A stretch of DNA of 36,524 nucleotides from a virus (taxonomy: Duplodnaviria > Caudoviricetes), in IMG/VR virus record IMGVR_UViG_3300037518_000655, positions 1 to 36,524 of that record, one strand, 5' to 3'. The notes below the pieces were generated by a model that had not been told where the DNA came from, made no database searches, and saw only the letters and a program-made list of their open reading frames with translations. Shown piece after piece: positions 1 through 7,092 of this stretch. The position numbers and the translations under genes were made by a program. Within the stretch, counting starts at the first letter, position 1. The number at the start of each line of letters is the position of its first letter.

Positions 1-142
1 CCAGGTCGTGGGCCATGAGGCCGCGCGCCCGGTCGCGGCCATAACGCCGGGCCGGGGTGGGCGCGGGCAGGGCGGGCGTGTAGCCGGTCTCGAACTCCTG
101 GCCGCAGTGGGGGCAGGTGGCCACAAAGATGAGTTCAGCCAT
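1..142 (-). CDS. Partial hypothetical protein with CPHC zinc-ribbon motif (runs off the left end)
   Basis: ATG at 142 overlaps the upstream gene's end, GGAGG upstream; reads MAELIFVATCPHCGQEFETGY... Confidence 0.5.
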   Translation of the reverse strand, partial: MAELIFVATCPHCGQEFETGYTPALPAPTPARRYGRDRARGLMAHDL

Positions 143-467
143 AGACCACCTCCCCGGCCGGCCAGTTGCCCCAGCCGGCCAGGGCGCGCCAGATGAGGGG
201 CAGATCGCGCCGCCAGCCGGCGAAGTCAATTAACAATGAGTAATGAACAATGAACAATGGGCGGTGAGTGACCAGCAGGCCGGCTATCTTGTTCATTGTT
301 AATTGATAATTGCTCATTGTTATGTCCGTCGCGCGGACGACGATGGCCGGCAGCCAGAAGAACCAGAGCATGACGGGCATGATGTAGAGGCTGACGGGCC
401 GGCCGGCGTCATCGAGGACGCGAATATTGAGGCCAAAGGCAAACTGGACGGTGTGGGTGTATTTCAT
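135..467 (-). CDS. Small predicted membrane protein containing heptamer-repeat segments
   Basis: ATGA coupling with the 464..1084 stop. MKYTHTVQ... with hydrophobic LYIMPVMLWFFWLPAIVV. Confidence 0.55.
   Translation of the reverse strand: MKYTHTVQFAFGLNIRVLDDAGRPVSLYIMPVMLWFFWLPAIVVRATDITMSNYQLTMNKIAGLLVTHRPLFIVHYSLLIDFAGWRRDLPLIWRALAGWGNWPAGEVVYG
227..323. repeat. Inverted pair of 7-nt tandem arrays (CAAT[G/T]A[A/G] units)
   Basis: 227-261 CAATTAA CAATGAG TAATGAA CAATGAA CAATGGG; 289-323 TTGTTCA TTGTTAA TTGATAA TTGCTCA TTGTTAT. 231-240 is the exact reverse complement of 313-322. Confidence 0.9.
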
Positions 468-1084
468 AGATACACCCCCGGCAAAGAGAGTTGCCAGGCG
501 CGGGCCTGGCAATTGGCGATGGCCTGGTGCAGGTGCGTCCAGGCCTCCAGGTAGACGGCCCAGCGGCCATGATAGCTGGCGGGACAGGCCGACCAGATCG
601 AGATATTGCGGCGTTGGCCAATGGCGGCGATGGGGATGACGTAAACCCAATCGCGCCCATTTTGGGCCACGAAGAGCACTAGGTCCACCTCGACCGGCGA
701 TTGGCGCACGTCGGCCTGATACCTCGATCTGCCCTTGTTTTTGCCCAGGGTCGATATCTTGACCTCGACGCGGGCGGCCTGGCCGGCGCTATTCTCGACC
801 CACAAATCGAAGGGGCATTTATGGGTTGTTTGATGGACCTTGTAGCCAAACGTGGCCCGGATGAAGCCGGCCATGCGATCCTCGGCCTGATCAGAGAGAG
901 CCTGCCGGCGGCGCTGCTGCTGGCTGACCAGGTTGCCCCTGAGCCAATGTTCCCACCACCAACGCTGACGCTTCAGGAACTCGTCGTTCTCCTGGCGCAT
1001 GGCCCAGTAAAGTGGGTCGTCGCGGTCTGAAATTGGCTCTTGCAAAGTACCGGCCAGTTGTGGTAAATTAAGCGTAGCTGGCAT
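464..1084 (-). CDS. PD-(D/E)XK-superfamily endonuclease-like protein
   Basis: Pattern AE..MAGFI...FGYKV...CPFDLWV...ARVEVKIS; SD AAAGGA upstream of the ATG. Confidence 0.7.
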   Translation of the reverse strand: MPATLNLPQLAGTLQEPISDRDDPLYWAMRQENDEFLKRQRWWWEHWLRGNLVSQQQRRRQALSDQAEDRMAGFIRATFGYKVHQTTHKCPFDLWVENSAGQAARVEVKISTLGKNKGRSRYQADVRQSPVEVDLVLFVAQNGRDWVYVIPIAAIGQRRNISIWSACPASYHGRWAVYLEAWTHLHQAIANCQARAWQLSLPGVYL

Positions 1085-1100
1085 AGAAACTTATCCTTTT

Positions 1101-1111
1101 TGTGCTATGTT
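1101..1111 (+). promoter_or_regulatory. Candidate extended -10 promoter, antisense to the leftward operon
   Basis: TGTGCTATGTT, the same 11-mer as the late-promoter extended -10 at 13160-13170. No clear -35. Confidence 0.45.
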
Positions 1112-1141
1112 AGCCCGGTTGGCCAACCAGTCGGGCCGAAG

Positions 1142-1171
1142 GGGCCGTCATTTTGACGGCCCTTTTGTTTT
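1142..1171 (+). terminator. Intrinsic terminator on the + strand
   Basis: GGGCCGTCA-TTT-TGACGGCCC followed by TTTTGTTTT. Confidence 0.7.
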
Positions 1172-1261
1172 AGTCGTCGTAGCTGCTGTCGTAGTCGGTC
1201 TCCACCAGGTCGAGCTGGCCGGGTCGCAGGCTGGCGGGATCGTAGTAGGCTTGCTTGGTGG

Positions 1262-1513
1262 TTATCTCGATTTCTTTCCTTTCTTGGGTTGATAGTAAGT
1301 TTTATTTGCTTTCCGGCGCGCCCGGTCGATGATCTGCCAGACACGCTGCCGGCTCAGGCCGGTCAGACCGGCCAGCTCTTCTAAAGTCCAATCCAGGCCG
1401 CCGTACAGAATGAGGAGTACCGTCTCGAAGTCTGACAGGTGGCTAAGGCGCTCCCGCAGTAACTCGCGGGCCTCGATCTCCTGCAGGGCGCGCTCCTCGA
1501 CGGCGTTAAGCAT
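1262..1513 (-). CDS. Sigma70 region-4-like helix-turn-helix protein
   Basis: LSHLSDFETVLLILYGGLDWTLEELAGLTGLSRQRVWQIIDRARRK fits the region 4.2 pattern T.EE.A...G.SR.RV.QI..RA..K. Confidence 0.8.
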   Translation of the reverse strand: MLNAVEERALQEIEARELLRERLSHLSDFETVLLILYGGLDWTLEELAGLTGLSRQRVWQIIDRARRKANKTYYQPKKGKKSR

Positions 1514-1850
1514 ACGGGCCGCGCTCCTGGGCGGGCGGCAGGCCGGACAGATCGAGCTGCTCCGGAGGCGGCTCGCTCCACTCCAGCCGGATGACGGTCC
1601 AGGCCCCCCTGGTGAACTTTGTCCGCTGCGCAGACGGGGCTACGCCAAAGGCCAGGCGGCAATCGTCTTCGGCGAGATCGGGCCGGCTGCTCTGATAGCT
1701 CAGACTGAGCGACCAACTGCGGTGCAGCCGGCCATAGACCAGGGTCAGCGCCAGGCCAGACGACAGCCGGTGGCGGGCCAGACCGGCTGCCTGGGCTACG
1801 AATTTCATCGCCTGGGCGATCTCGCTTAATTTTTCCATGATATCCCTCAT
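1506..1850 (-). CDS. Hypothetical protein
   Basis: 114-aa ORF overlapping the next gene's start; SD-like AGAGG/GAGG upstream (start could be the second Met). Confidence 0.6.
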   Translation of the reverse strand: MRDIMEKLSEIAQAMKFVAQAAGLARHRLSSGLALTLVYGRLHRSWSLSLSYQSSRPDLAEDDCRLAFGVAPSAQRTKFTRGAWTVIRLEWSEPPPEQLDLSGLPPAQERGPYA

Positions 1851-1939
1851 CCTCTTTCTAGGGGTTTATTTCTAATTTCTATACGCCCCAGGCGCCGTCG
1901 GTTGGTTGCAAAACGATGGCCGAGGCGCGACCATTGGCG

Positions 1940-2081
1940 CGTAACTTTAAACCATGTAGCTCAACATGGTTGCGGTTACGAGGCAAAAAAAATTTCGCAG
2001 GGAATTGCAACTCTCTAAAATGCCACCACATGGTGGCATTTTAGCCCCCGCCTACCTTGTTTTTGCAACCATGTGGTGGCA
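1940..2081. repeat. Cluster of inverted repeats sharing an ACCATGT core; candidate replication origin
   Basis: AACCATGT (1950-1957) and ACATGGTT (1964-1971); TGCCACCACATGGTGGCA (2021-2038) with an inverted copy TGCAACCATGTGGTGGCA (2064-2081, one mismatch); A-tract between. Confidence 0.6.
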
Positions 2082-3081
2082 AAAACGGGTTTTGGGGCGG
2101 GCGGCCGAATAACCGGATCGTGCCATGGTTGTTGCGGTGACTATTCATATACGGGTAGTCGATGGCCTCCCATTCATCCAGGCTAAGGCCCAGCGCCTCC
2201 TCGTGGCTCTTTAGGTAATCCTCATGCCGGCCTTGCAGGTATGAATCCAGGCGATCCACCTGCCAGGGTGTTAGTAGCGGCAGGACTCGCCAGGCCTGGA
2301 CCTGAGCCCGCCCGGTTGCCGAGATCTCGACGGTAACGAGCTGCTCGTCATACAGGCGGTGGAGTAGGCCGGGCCGCCAGTAAAAGCAGCGCCCGCCGCC
2401 CTCGACTTTAGTAGTTCGCCAATCATGCGGGTCGTGGCACTCCTGGCAGGCGGCCAGGCGCGCGCCAACCTTGCGCAGGTCGCCGGAGCGATGGCACTCC
2501 CACTCGCCGCCCGGAATTAATTTGTAGTTGCGCTTGCCGAGCCACTTGGTAGCCTGGCGATAGGAAAGCTTGAAGGGCGGGGTTAGGCAGTGGTTTTCGG
2601 GCCGGGTCATATCCAGGATGCCGGCCTCGATCTCTTTTTTTCTGAGTCGCTTAACCCAGTCCATGAGCAGGTGGCGATAGAATAGATAGGCGCCGCCCAG
2701 GTAAGATAGCCAGAACAGGTGATCATACTGGAGCTCGGGTAGCCAGCGCCCGATCTTCATCTTGGGGTTGTAAAAGTCGAGATCGTAGACTGGATCAATC
2801 GGCCCCCTGACTGGGGTCTCGGCCTTGGCGGGCGCGGCCTGGCTGACGACGAAGGTCAGCTCCGGCGCATAACCCAGGCTGGCCAGGGGTTGGGCGACGA
2901 TGTCGGGCCGGTAGGTGAGCCACTGCTGGCTGGCCTGGCTGAAGACGCCGATGGTCCAGCTCCCGTTATCGACGGCCTGGACCTGGCTGCGCTGGACGTG
3001 GGTCTGGTAGAGCGTTTCATTTTGGATCTTGACGGCCGCCCGGACTTTATCCCAGACGGCGCTGGCAGAGACGAGATCCAT
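2041..3081 (-). CDS. DnaA N-terminal-domain protein, putative phage replication initiator
   Basis: First ~80 aa (VWDKVRAAVKIQNETLYQTHV...WTIGVFSQASQQWL...LTFVV) follow the DnaA domain I pattern. No AAA+ motifs; Cys/His-rich central part. Confidence 0.7.
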   Translation of the reverse strand: MDLVSASAVWDKVRAAVKIQNETLYQTHVQRSQVQAVDNGSWTIGVFSQASQQWLTYRPDIVAQPLASLGYAPELTFVVSQAAPAKAETPVRGPIDPVYDLDFYNPKMKIGRWLPELQYDHLFWLSYLGGAYLFYRHLLMDWVKRLRKKEIEAGILDMTRPENHCLTPPFKLSYRQATKWLGKRNYKLIPGGEWECHRSGDLRKVGARLAACQECHDPHDWRTTKVEGGGRCFYWRPGLLHRLYDEQLVTVEISATGRAQVQAWRVLPLLTPWQVDRLDSYLQGRHEDYLKSHEEALGLSLDEWEAIDYPYMNSHRNNHGTIRLFGRPPQNPFLPPHGCKNKVGGG

Positions 3082-3084
3082 GGG

Positions 3085-3237
3085 CTAGTTCCGGTTGAGT
3101 ATGTAGCGGCGGAGCGGCCAACTGCCGGGGCACCGGTACATGATAACGACGCTAAAGCCGCAGCAGCGACCACAGCGGCAGTCGCGCACCTGGTAAAAAT
3201 AATGTCCGCTTCTAAAAAACCTGGTGAATTTTTTCAT
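3085..3237 (-). CDS. 50-aa basic, Cys-rich hypothetical protein (below the ORF-track cutoff)
   Basis: MKKFTRFFRSGHYFYQVRDCRCGRCCGFSVVIMYRCPGSWPLRRYILNRN; AAAAGGG upstream; stop 3 nt before the initiator ATG. Confidence 0.5.
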   Translation of the reverse strand: MKKFTRFFRSGHYFYQVRDCRCGRCCGFSVVIMYRCPGSWPLRRYILNRN

Positions 3238-3351
3238 GTTAAAACCCTTTCGTCTATAATGAGGGCGACGGGTTGGCTTGCCGGCGGGCCCGCCGCCCTC
3301 CTCCGCTTTGTTGCGTTATCTGACTACCAACAATGGAGTGGAGATCAAATC

Positions 3352-4326
3352 ATGACATACCTCAGTATTCGGCTGGCAGACCCCCCGCTGCCGCCCCTGG
3401 AGTATCACATCCAGGATTTTTTGAACGCCAAGGCCTCCCGCGAGGCGGCGACCGTGGCCTTCTATGAATTGCCGCTCAGGCAATATCGGGAGCACGTCGG
3501 CCCGTACTTCTGGCCCCCCACCGACAGCTCGATCAACTCCTACCTGGCCGCCTGCAAGAAGCGGGGCTGCCGGCCTAACACCCTGTTTGCTTACTACCGG
3601 GCCATCAAGACCTGGCTGGCCTGGCTGCACAAGCGGGGGGTGATCGAGTCTAATCCCATCGAGACGGTCGAGAAGCCCATCGCCTCCAAGAAGATGCCCC
3701 GGGCGCCCCAACCCGACATCCTGCAGCGGTTCTTCGAGACGATCCGCCAGAACCAGACGGGCTGGCGGCGGGCGCGCGACCTGGCCCTGTTTACGCTGCT
3801 GCTCGACACCGGCCTGCGCGTGGGCGAGCTGGCCCGCCTGCAGGTGGAGGACGTAGACCTGGAGCAGCGCGAGATCCGGCCCGACGAGGGCAAGACCCAC
3901 AGCGAGCGCAAGGTGGTGGTCTCGCCCGACGCGGCGGAGCGACTCTCTGAATGGCTCAAGCTGCGAGCGAGCCTGAAGCTACCGGCCCGGCTGCGGGCGC
4001 TGTTCGTCTCGTATGCCTACGACCGCAAGAACGGCAAATCGCGCTGGTATGCTTTCACCGGCGACGGCGTCCGGCAGTCGAAGGATCGCTGGCTGGCCAG
4101 GGCCGGGCTATCGGGCATCCGGGTGCATGACCTGCGCCACGCCTATGCCATCTACACCTTGCGCGCCGGGGGTGACCTGACCGATATCCAGATGCAGCTC
4201 GGTCACGAAAATATCGAAACCACGGCTATCTACCTGGTCGCCGCCGACGAAGGCCGGGCCAAAAGGCACGAAAAAACCTCGCCGCTGCGCCTGCTCCGGG
4301 AGGCGCCCCAGGAGGGCGAAAACTGA
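3352..4326 (+). CDS. int: Tyrosine recombinase / phage integrase
   Basis: Catalytic set TGLRVGE (R), EGKT (K), HDLRH (H-x-x-R), QLGH (H), TAIY (Y). GGAG SD before the ATG at 3352. Confidence 0.95.
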   Translation: MTYLSIRLADPPLPPLEYHIQDFLNAKASREAATVAFYELPLRQYREHVGPYFWPPTDSSINSYLAACKKRGCRPNTLFAYYRAIKTWLAWLHKRGVIESNPIETVEKPIASKKMPRAPQPDILQRFFETIRQNQTGWRRARDLALFTLLLDTGLRVGELARLQVEDVDLEQREIRPDEGKTHSERKVVVSPDAAERLSEWLKLRASLKLPARLRALFVSYAYDRKNGKSRWYAFTGDGVRQSKDRWLARAGLSGIRVHDLRHAYAIYTLRAGGDLTDIQMQLGHENIETTAIYLVAADEGRAKRHEKTSPLRLLREAPQEGEN

Positions 4327-4369
4327 CCGGATTATGTTTAGTCAGTAGGTCAAAGGCCCTCTTCAACAA

Positions 4370-4401
4370 AAAAATCGCTGTCGAATTCGACAGCGATTTT
4401 T
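4370..4401. terminator. Perfect 32-bp palindrome; bidirectional terminator and/or recombinase-binding site
   Basis: AAAAATCGCTGTCGAATTCGACAGCGATTTTT equals its own reverse complement. Confidence 0.7.
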
Positions 4402-4417
4402 GGTTACAAGGCAGTTT

Positions 4418-4460
4418 CTTCTAAGCAGTAGGTTACAGGTTCGAGTCCTGTCCGGGGTGC
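4418..4460 (+). other. attP: att core: 3' half of a tRNA-Arg(TCT) gene (not a functional tRNA)
   Basis: CT-TCT-AA anticodon loop, GCAGT, T-arm ACAGG-TTCGAGT-CCTGT, acceptor 3' strand CCGGGGTG. No D-arm or 5' stem strands upstream; about 90 nt after int. Confidence 0.8.
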
Positions 4461-4478
4461 TCGCTGTCATTAGGATAT

Positions 4479-4820
4479 TTGGTTTTTAAGGCCCGGTCAC
4501 GACCGGCAAAAAGGCAATTGGCTTTGCCCAAAAAAGCTAACTCTTTTACGAAGCACATAAACCGGATCGTCGATACACACACTACTGCTGGAAGTCCGTT
4601 TACCTTTATCCGGTTCAGGGATAATAGTCAGATCAAGTTCTTTATGAACATCTACCGGCCGTCTATCGAAGCAATTGGGCCGGAAAGGTCATTCGCTCGA
4701 CTGTTCGAGAAGGACGTGATCGATCTTAAGGTAAGGTTTGATCGTACCACCTTCTCCTTCCGGGACGGCTCGGAACTCAATATGGATTACGGGGATGTCC
4801 CACGTAAAGTGCATTGGTAG
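4479..4820 (+). CDS. Hypothetical protein with an internal duplication (start uncertain, possibly TTG 4524)
   Basis: Two similar modules, FTFIRFRDNSQIKF and TTFSFRDGSELNM. Confidence 0.5.
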   Translation: MVFKARSRPAKRQLALPKKANSFTKHINRIVDTHTTAGSPFTFIRFRDNSQIKFFMNIYRPSIEAIGPERSFARLFEKDVIDLKVRFDRTTFSFRDGSELNMDYGDVPRKVHW

Positions 4821-4898
4821 CGACCTGGTGATGATGTTACCTTCGCCATCCGCACCCGTCATCTTGATCTGGTATGTAACCTGGCCTTCGATGAACAT
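4689..4898 (-). CDS. Hypothetical protein (69 aa), 3' end overlaps the previous ORF
   Basis: MFIEGQVTYQIKMTG...; AGAAAGG upstream. Confidence 0.35.
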   Translation of the reverse strand: MFIEGQVTYQIKMTGADGEGNIITRSLPMHFTWDIPVIHIEFRAVPEGEGGTIKPYLKIDHVLLEQSSE

Positions 4899-4950
4899 TG
4901 AACATTTTCGCCTTTCTGTTCCTCTCCCCAGGGGCCTGGCCGGGCTAGCA

Positions 4951-5253
4951 TTAACCCGGCCAGGCAAGAGTAAGGAGAAGATATAAACCTGGCGACCGGC
5001 CAAAGTCGCCGGGGTTGTTAAAACGCCCCAGGGGGCATTGAAACACGAAGTTAAGAGAAAAGATGCCAAGCGTAACCTTTTGATCTCGGTCGTCATTTGA
5101 CCCCACCAGGATTACATCACCGACAACCAGTGGCCCATGTGCCTCGTATATACCTGGGGGTAGTTTGACGATATTGTCCGCCCTGGTCCGGCGCCGGAGC
5201 GCGATGACCAGGCTGATGGCCAGGGCGGCGAACGTTAGTGATTTGGTTGACAT
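4951..5253 (-). CDS. Hypothetical protein with N-terminal hydrophobic anchor
   Basis: MSTKSLTFAALAISLVIALRRR; GAGGG SD. Confidence 0.4.
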   Translation of the reverse strand: MSTKSLTFAALAISLVIALRRRTRADNIVKLPPGIYEAHGPLVVGDVILVGSNDDRDQKVTLGIFSLNFVFQCPLGRFNNPGDFGRSPGLYLLLTLAWPG

Positions 5254-5284
5254 ATAACGATCCCTCGAAGGGGGAATGGTTAAA

Positions 5285-5479
5285 ATGGCTGATTTAATCA
5301 AGGCCAGGCTCAAGGTCATGATTGGCCCGGCAAATAAAAACGAGTGCGAAATCGAGATCACTGCTCCGACGCCGGAGGCGCTGTTGAAGCTAGTTGCTCA
5401 GCTACTCGAAGCAGTGGAGAAGCAATACCCGGATCAGACCTGGACAAAACCTCCTGGGTTATCTTCTCGACCAGACTAA
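5285..5479 (+). CDS. Small hypothetical protein
   Basis: MADLIKARLKVMIG...; purine-rich AAGGGGGAA upstream (start may be 5276). Confidence 0.45.
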   Translation: MADLIKARLKVMIGPANKNECEIEITAPTPEALLKLVAQLLEAVEKQYPDQTWTKPPGLSSRPD

Positions 5480-5618
5480 ACAGGGTGGTGGTCGCGTAAT
5501 GAAAGATCTCCATTTCGACCTTGTTGTTTTGCTCGCCGCCCGACTCGAAGTCGGCCATGATTTCCCAGGTGACACCCAGGCGGTCCTGGTAGGTAGCTTT
5601 GACTGTCCTTAGTACCAT
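5358..5618 (-). CDS. Small hypothetical protein
   Basis: Strong SD AAGGAG 7 nt before the ATG. Confidence 0.6.
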   Translation of the reverse strand: MVLRTVKATYQDRLGVTWEIMADFESGGEQNNKVEMEIFHYATTTLFSLVEKITQEVLSRSDPGIASPLLRVAEQLASTAPPASEQ

Positions 5619-5676
5619 AAGTGCACTCCTTTGGTTTTAGCCATGTGGCGACCTAGTACCTGAAAGTTAAAAAGTT

Positions 5677-6999
5677 ATGAATGACAACCAGGGCCTTCAG
5701 CAAGCTATAGCTGCCATCAAAGCCGGCGACAAGGTGGCCGGTCGCAAATTACTCGTTGAGTTTATCCGGGTCAATCCCCGGCACGAAAATGCCGTTTTGT
5801 GGCTTTCGGCCACGACGGACGACCCGGCCCAGAAGCGCAAGTGCTTCGAGCAGGTCTTGCAGATCAACCCGGATAACCAGAAGGCGAAAGCGGCATTGGC
5901 CAGGTTGGATACCCCACAAAGTCTGGATGATGAATCGCCGCCATTGGAGACGGCCACCAGTTACAGGTGTTTGGATAATTCGTCGGTTAAGTACCTGAAA
6001 CTTCATCATTGTAACGACGAGTTTGTGTGTGATGCCTGTAAGGAACTGGCGGCCCGGCCGATCCCAAAAGATCAGGCCCCTGATCTTCCTTACGCCGCTT
6101 GCACATCTGAACTCGGTTGCCGGTGCTGGTATAGCCCTGTGATTCTGAATAAATCTGAACCGCAATCTCAAAAGGTCGTCTACAAGGATAAGAATGTTAC
6201 TATCACCAGGGAGGGCGTAACCTTTACTGCTGGATCTCCTTGCGCCCTAAACGAACTCGCCTCAGTTTCGCTTGAGGAGATAGTAGTTACCGGAAACAGG
6301 GCGCTGGCAACGATAATTTCTATTTTTGGATTAGCCTTTATCTTTCTACCCTTACTTTGCGGCCTTCTCGGTGTAATCGAAATCAAAGCCATCACGCTAC
6401 TCTCGATGGGACTGGGGGCAATTATGGTGATAATCGCGGGTCTGATCGTTCCCAGGCCCAAGAAGACTTATGGGGTAGAGATAAATAAATATTCTGAAAG
6501 GTTCATCCCTCTCAAGTCCGAAGATAAGGACTATGTTCAAAAAATTGTAAATACGATAAGCCAAGTCCTGCAACAACACCGTGCTAAGGTTGCGGCTGAA
6601 GCCAGGCGCGAGCGGCTAAAGAGAGAGCGGGATTTAACCGAAATGGACAAACTCTCCGTCTCTGAACTTGCAGAGCGCGTGATGGAAGTTTTTCGTCGTG
6701 ATGATGCCAAGGTGCAAATCGAGGCCGGCAGGAAAAATCGTTGCACCCTAAATATTCAGACATCATCCGGTGAGAGATATGTTGCCATCGTTAAGAGAAC
6801 TTTCCAGCCGATTGGGTTGCCGGAGGTTCGGGCGCTTTATGGATTAATCATGAACAGCAATGCCCAGAAAGGTTTTTTCTTCACGAATGAAACCTTTACT
6901 CAACCGGCGATAGATTGGGCACAAGGCAAGTCAATCCATCTTGTCAATGAAAATGACCTGGTTGATCTGGCTGCCAAGTTTGGGGTTGAGTGGGAGTAG
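5677..6999 (+). CDS. Membrane-anchored fusion: TPR-like + Cys-rich + two-TM domain + C-terminal Mrr-type restriction-endonuclease-like domain
   Basis: N-terminal LQQAIAAIKAGDK...WLS...LQINPDN; CDAC...C...GCRC; two hydrophobic helices; C-terminal KR...IGLPEVRALYG...GFFFTNETFTQPAIDWA...IHLVNENDL typical of Mrr_cat. AT-richer than the flanks. Confidence 0.8.
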   Translation: MNDNQGLQQAIAAIKAGDKVAGRKLLVEFIRVNPRHENAVLWLSATTDDPAQKRKCFEQVLQINPDNQKAKAALARLDTPQSLDDESPPLETATSYRCLDNSSVKYLKLHHCNDEFVCDACKELAARPIPKDQAPDLPYAACTSELGCRCWYSPVILNKSEPQSQKVVYKDKNVTITREGVTFTAGSPCALNELASVSLEEIVVTGNRALATIISIFGLAFIFLPLLCGLLGVIEIKAITLLSMGLGAIMVIIAGLIVPRPKKTYGVEINKYSERFIPLKSEDKDYVQKIVNTISQVLQQHRAKVAAEARRERLKRERDLTEMDKLSVSELAERVMEVFRRDDAKVQIEAGRKNRCTLNIQTSSGERYVAIVKRTFQPIGLPEVRALYGLIMNSNAQKGFFFTNETFTQPAIDWAQGKSIHLVNENDLVDLAAKFGVEWE

Positions 7000-7092
7000 G
7001 TCAGATGTAATCAACCCGCCTTGTGCGGTTTTGGTTTCACTTCGCTAATCTCTTATCGTCCGCCAAGATCGCAAAGAGATTGGTCGAATAAA

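Noticed and set aside
2434-2448. CxxCH heme-binding motif (CQECH) in the initiator-like protein
   Set aside because: No export signal and a DNA-replication context; zinc binding is more plausible.
2890-3351. N-terminal extension of the integrase in the 478-aa ORF call
   Set aside because: It overlaps the initiator and the micro-ORF on the other strand; the SD and ATG at 3352 give a normal 324-aa recombinase.
4390-4465. Intact tRNA-Arg gene
   Set aside because: Only the anticodon loop onward is present; the upstream bases cannot form the anticodon stem, D-arm or acceptor stem.
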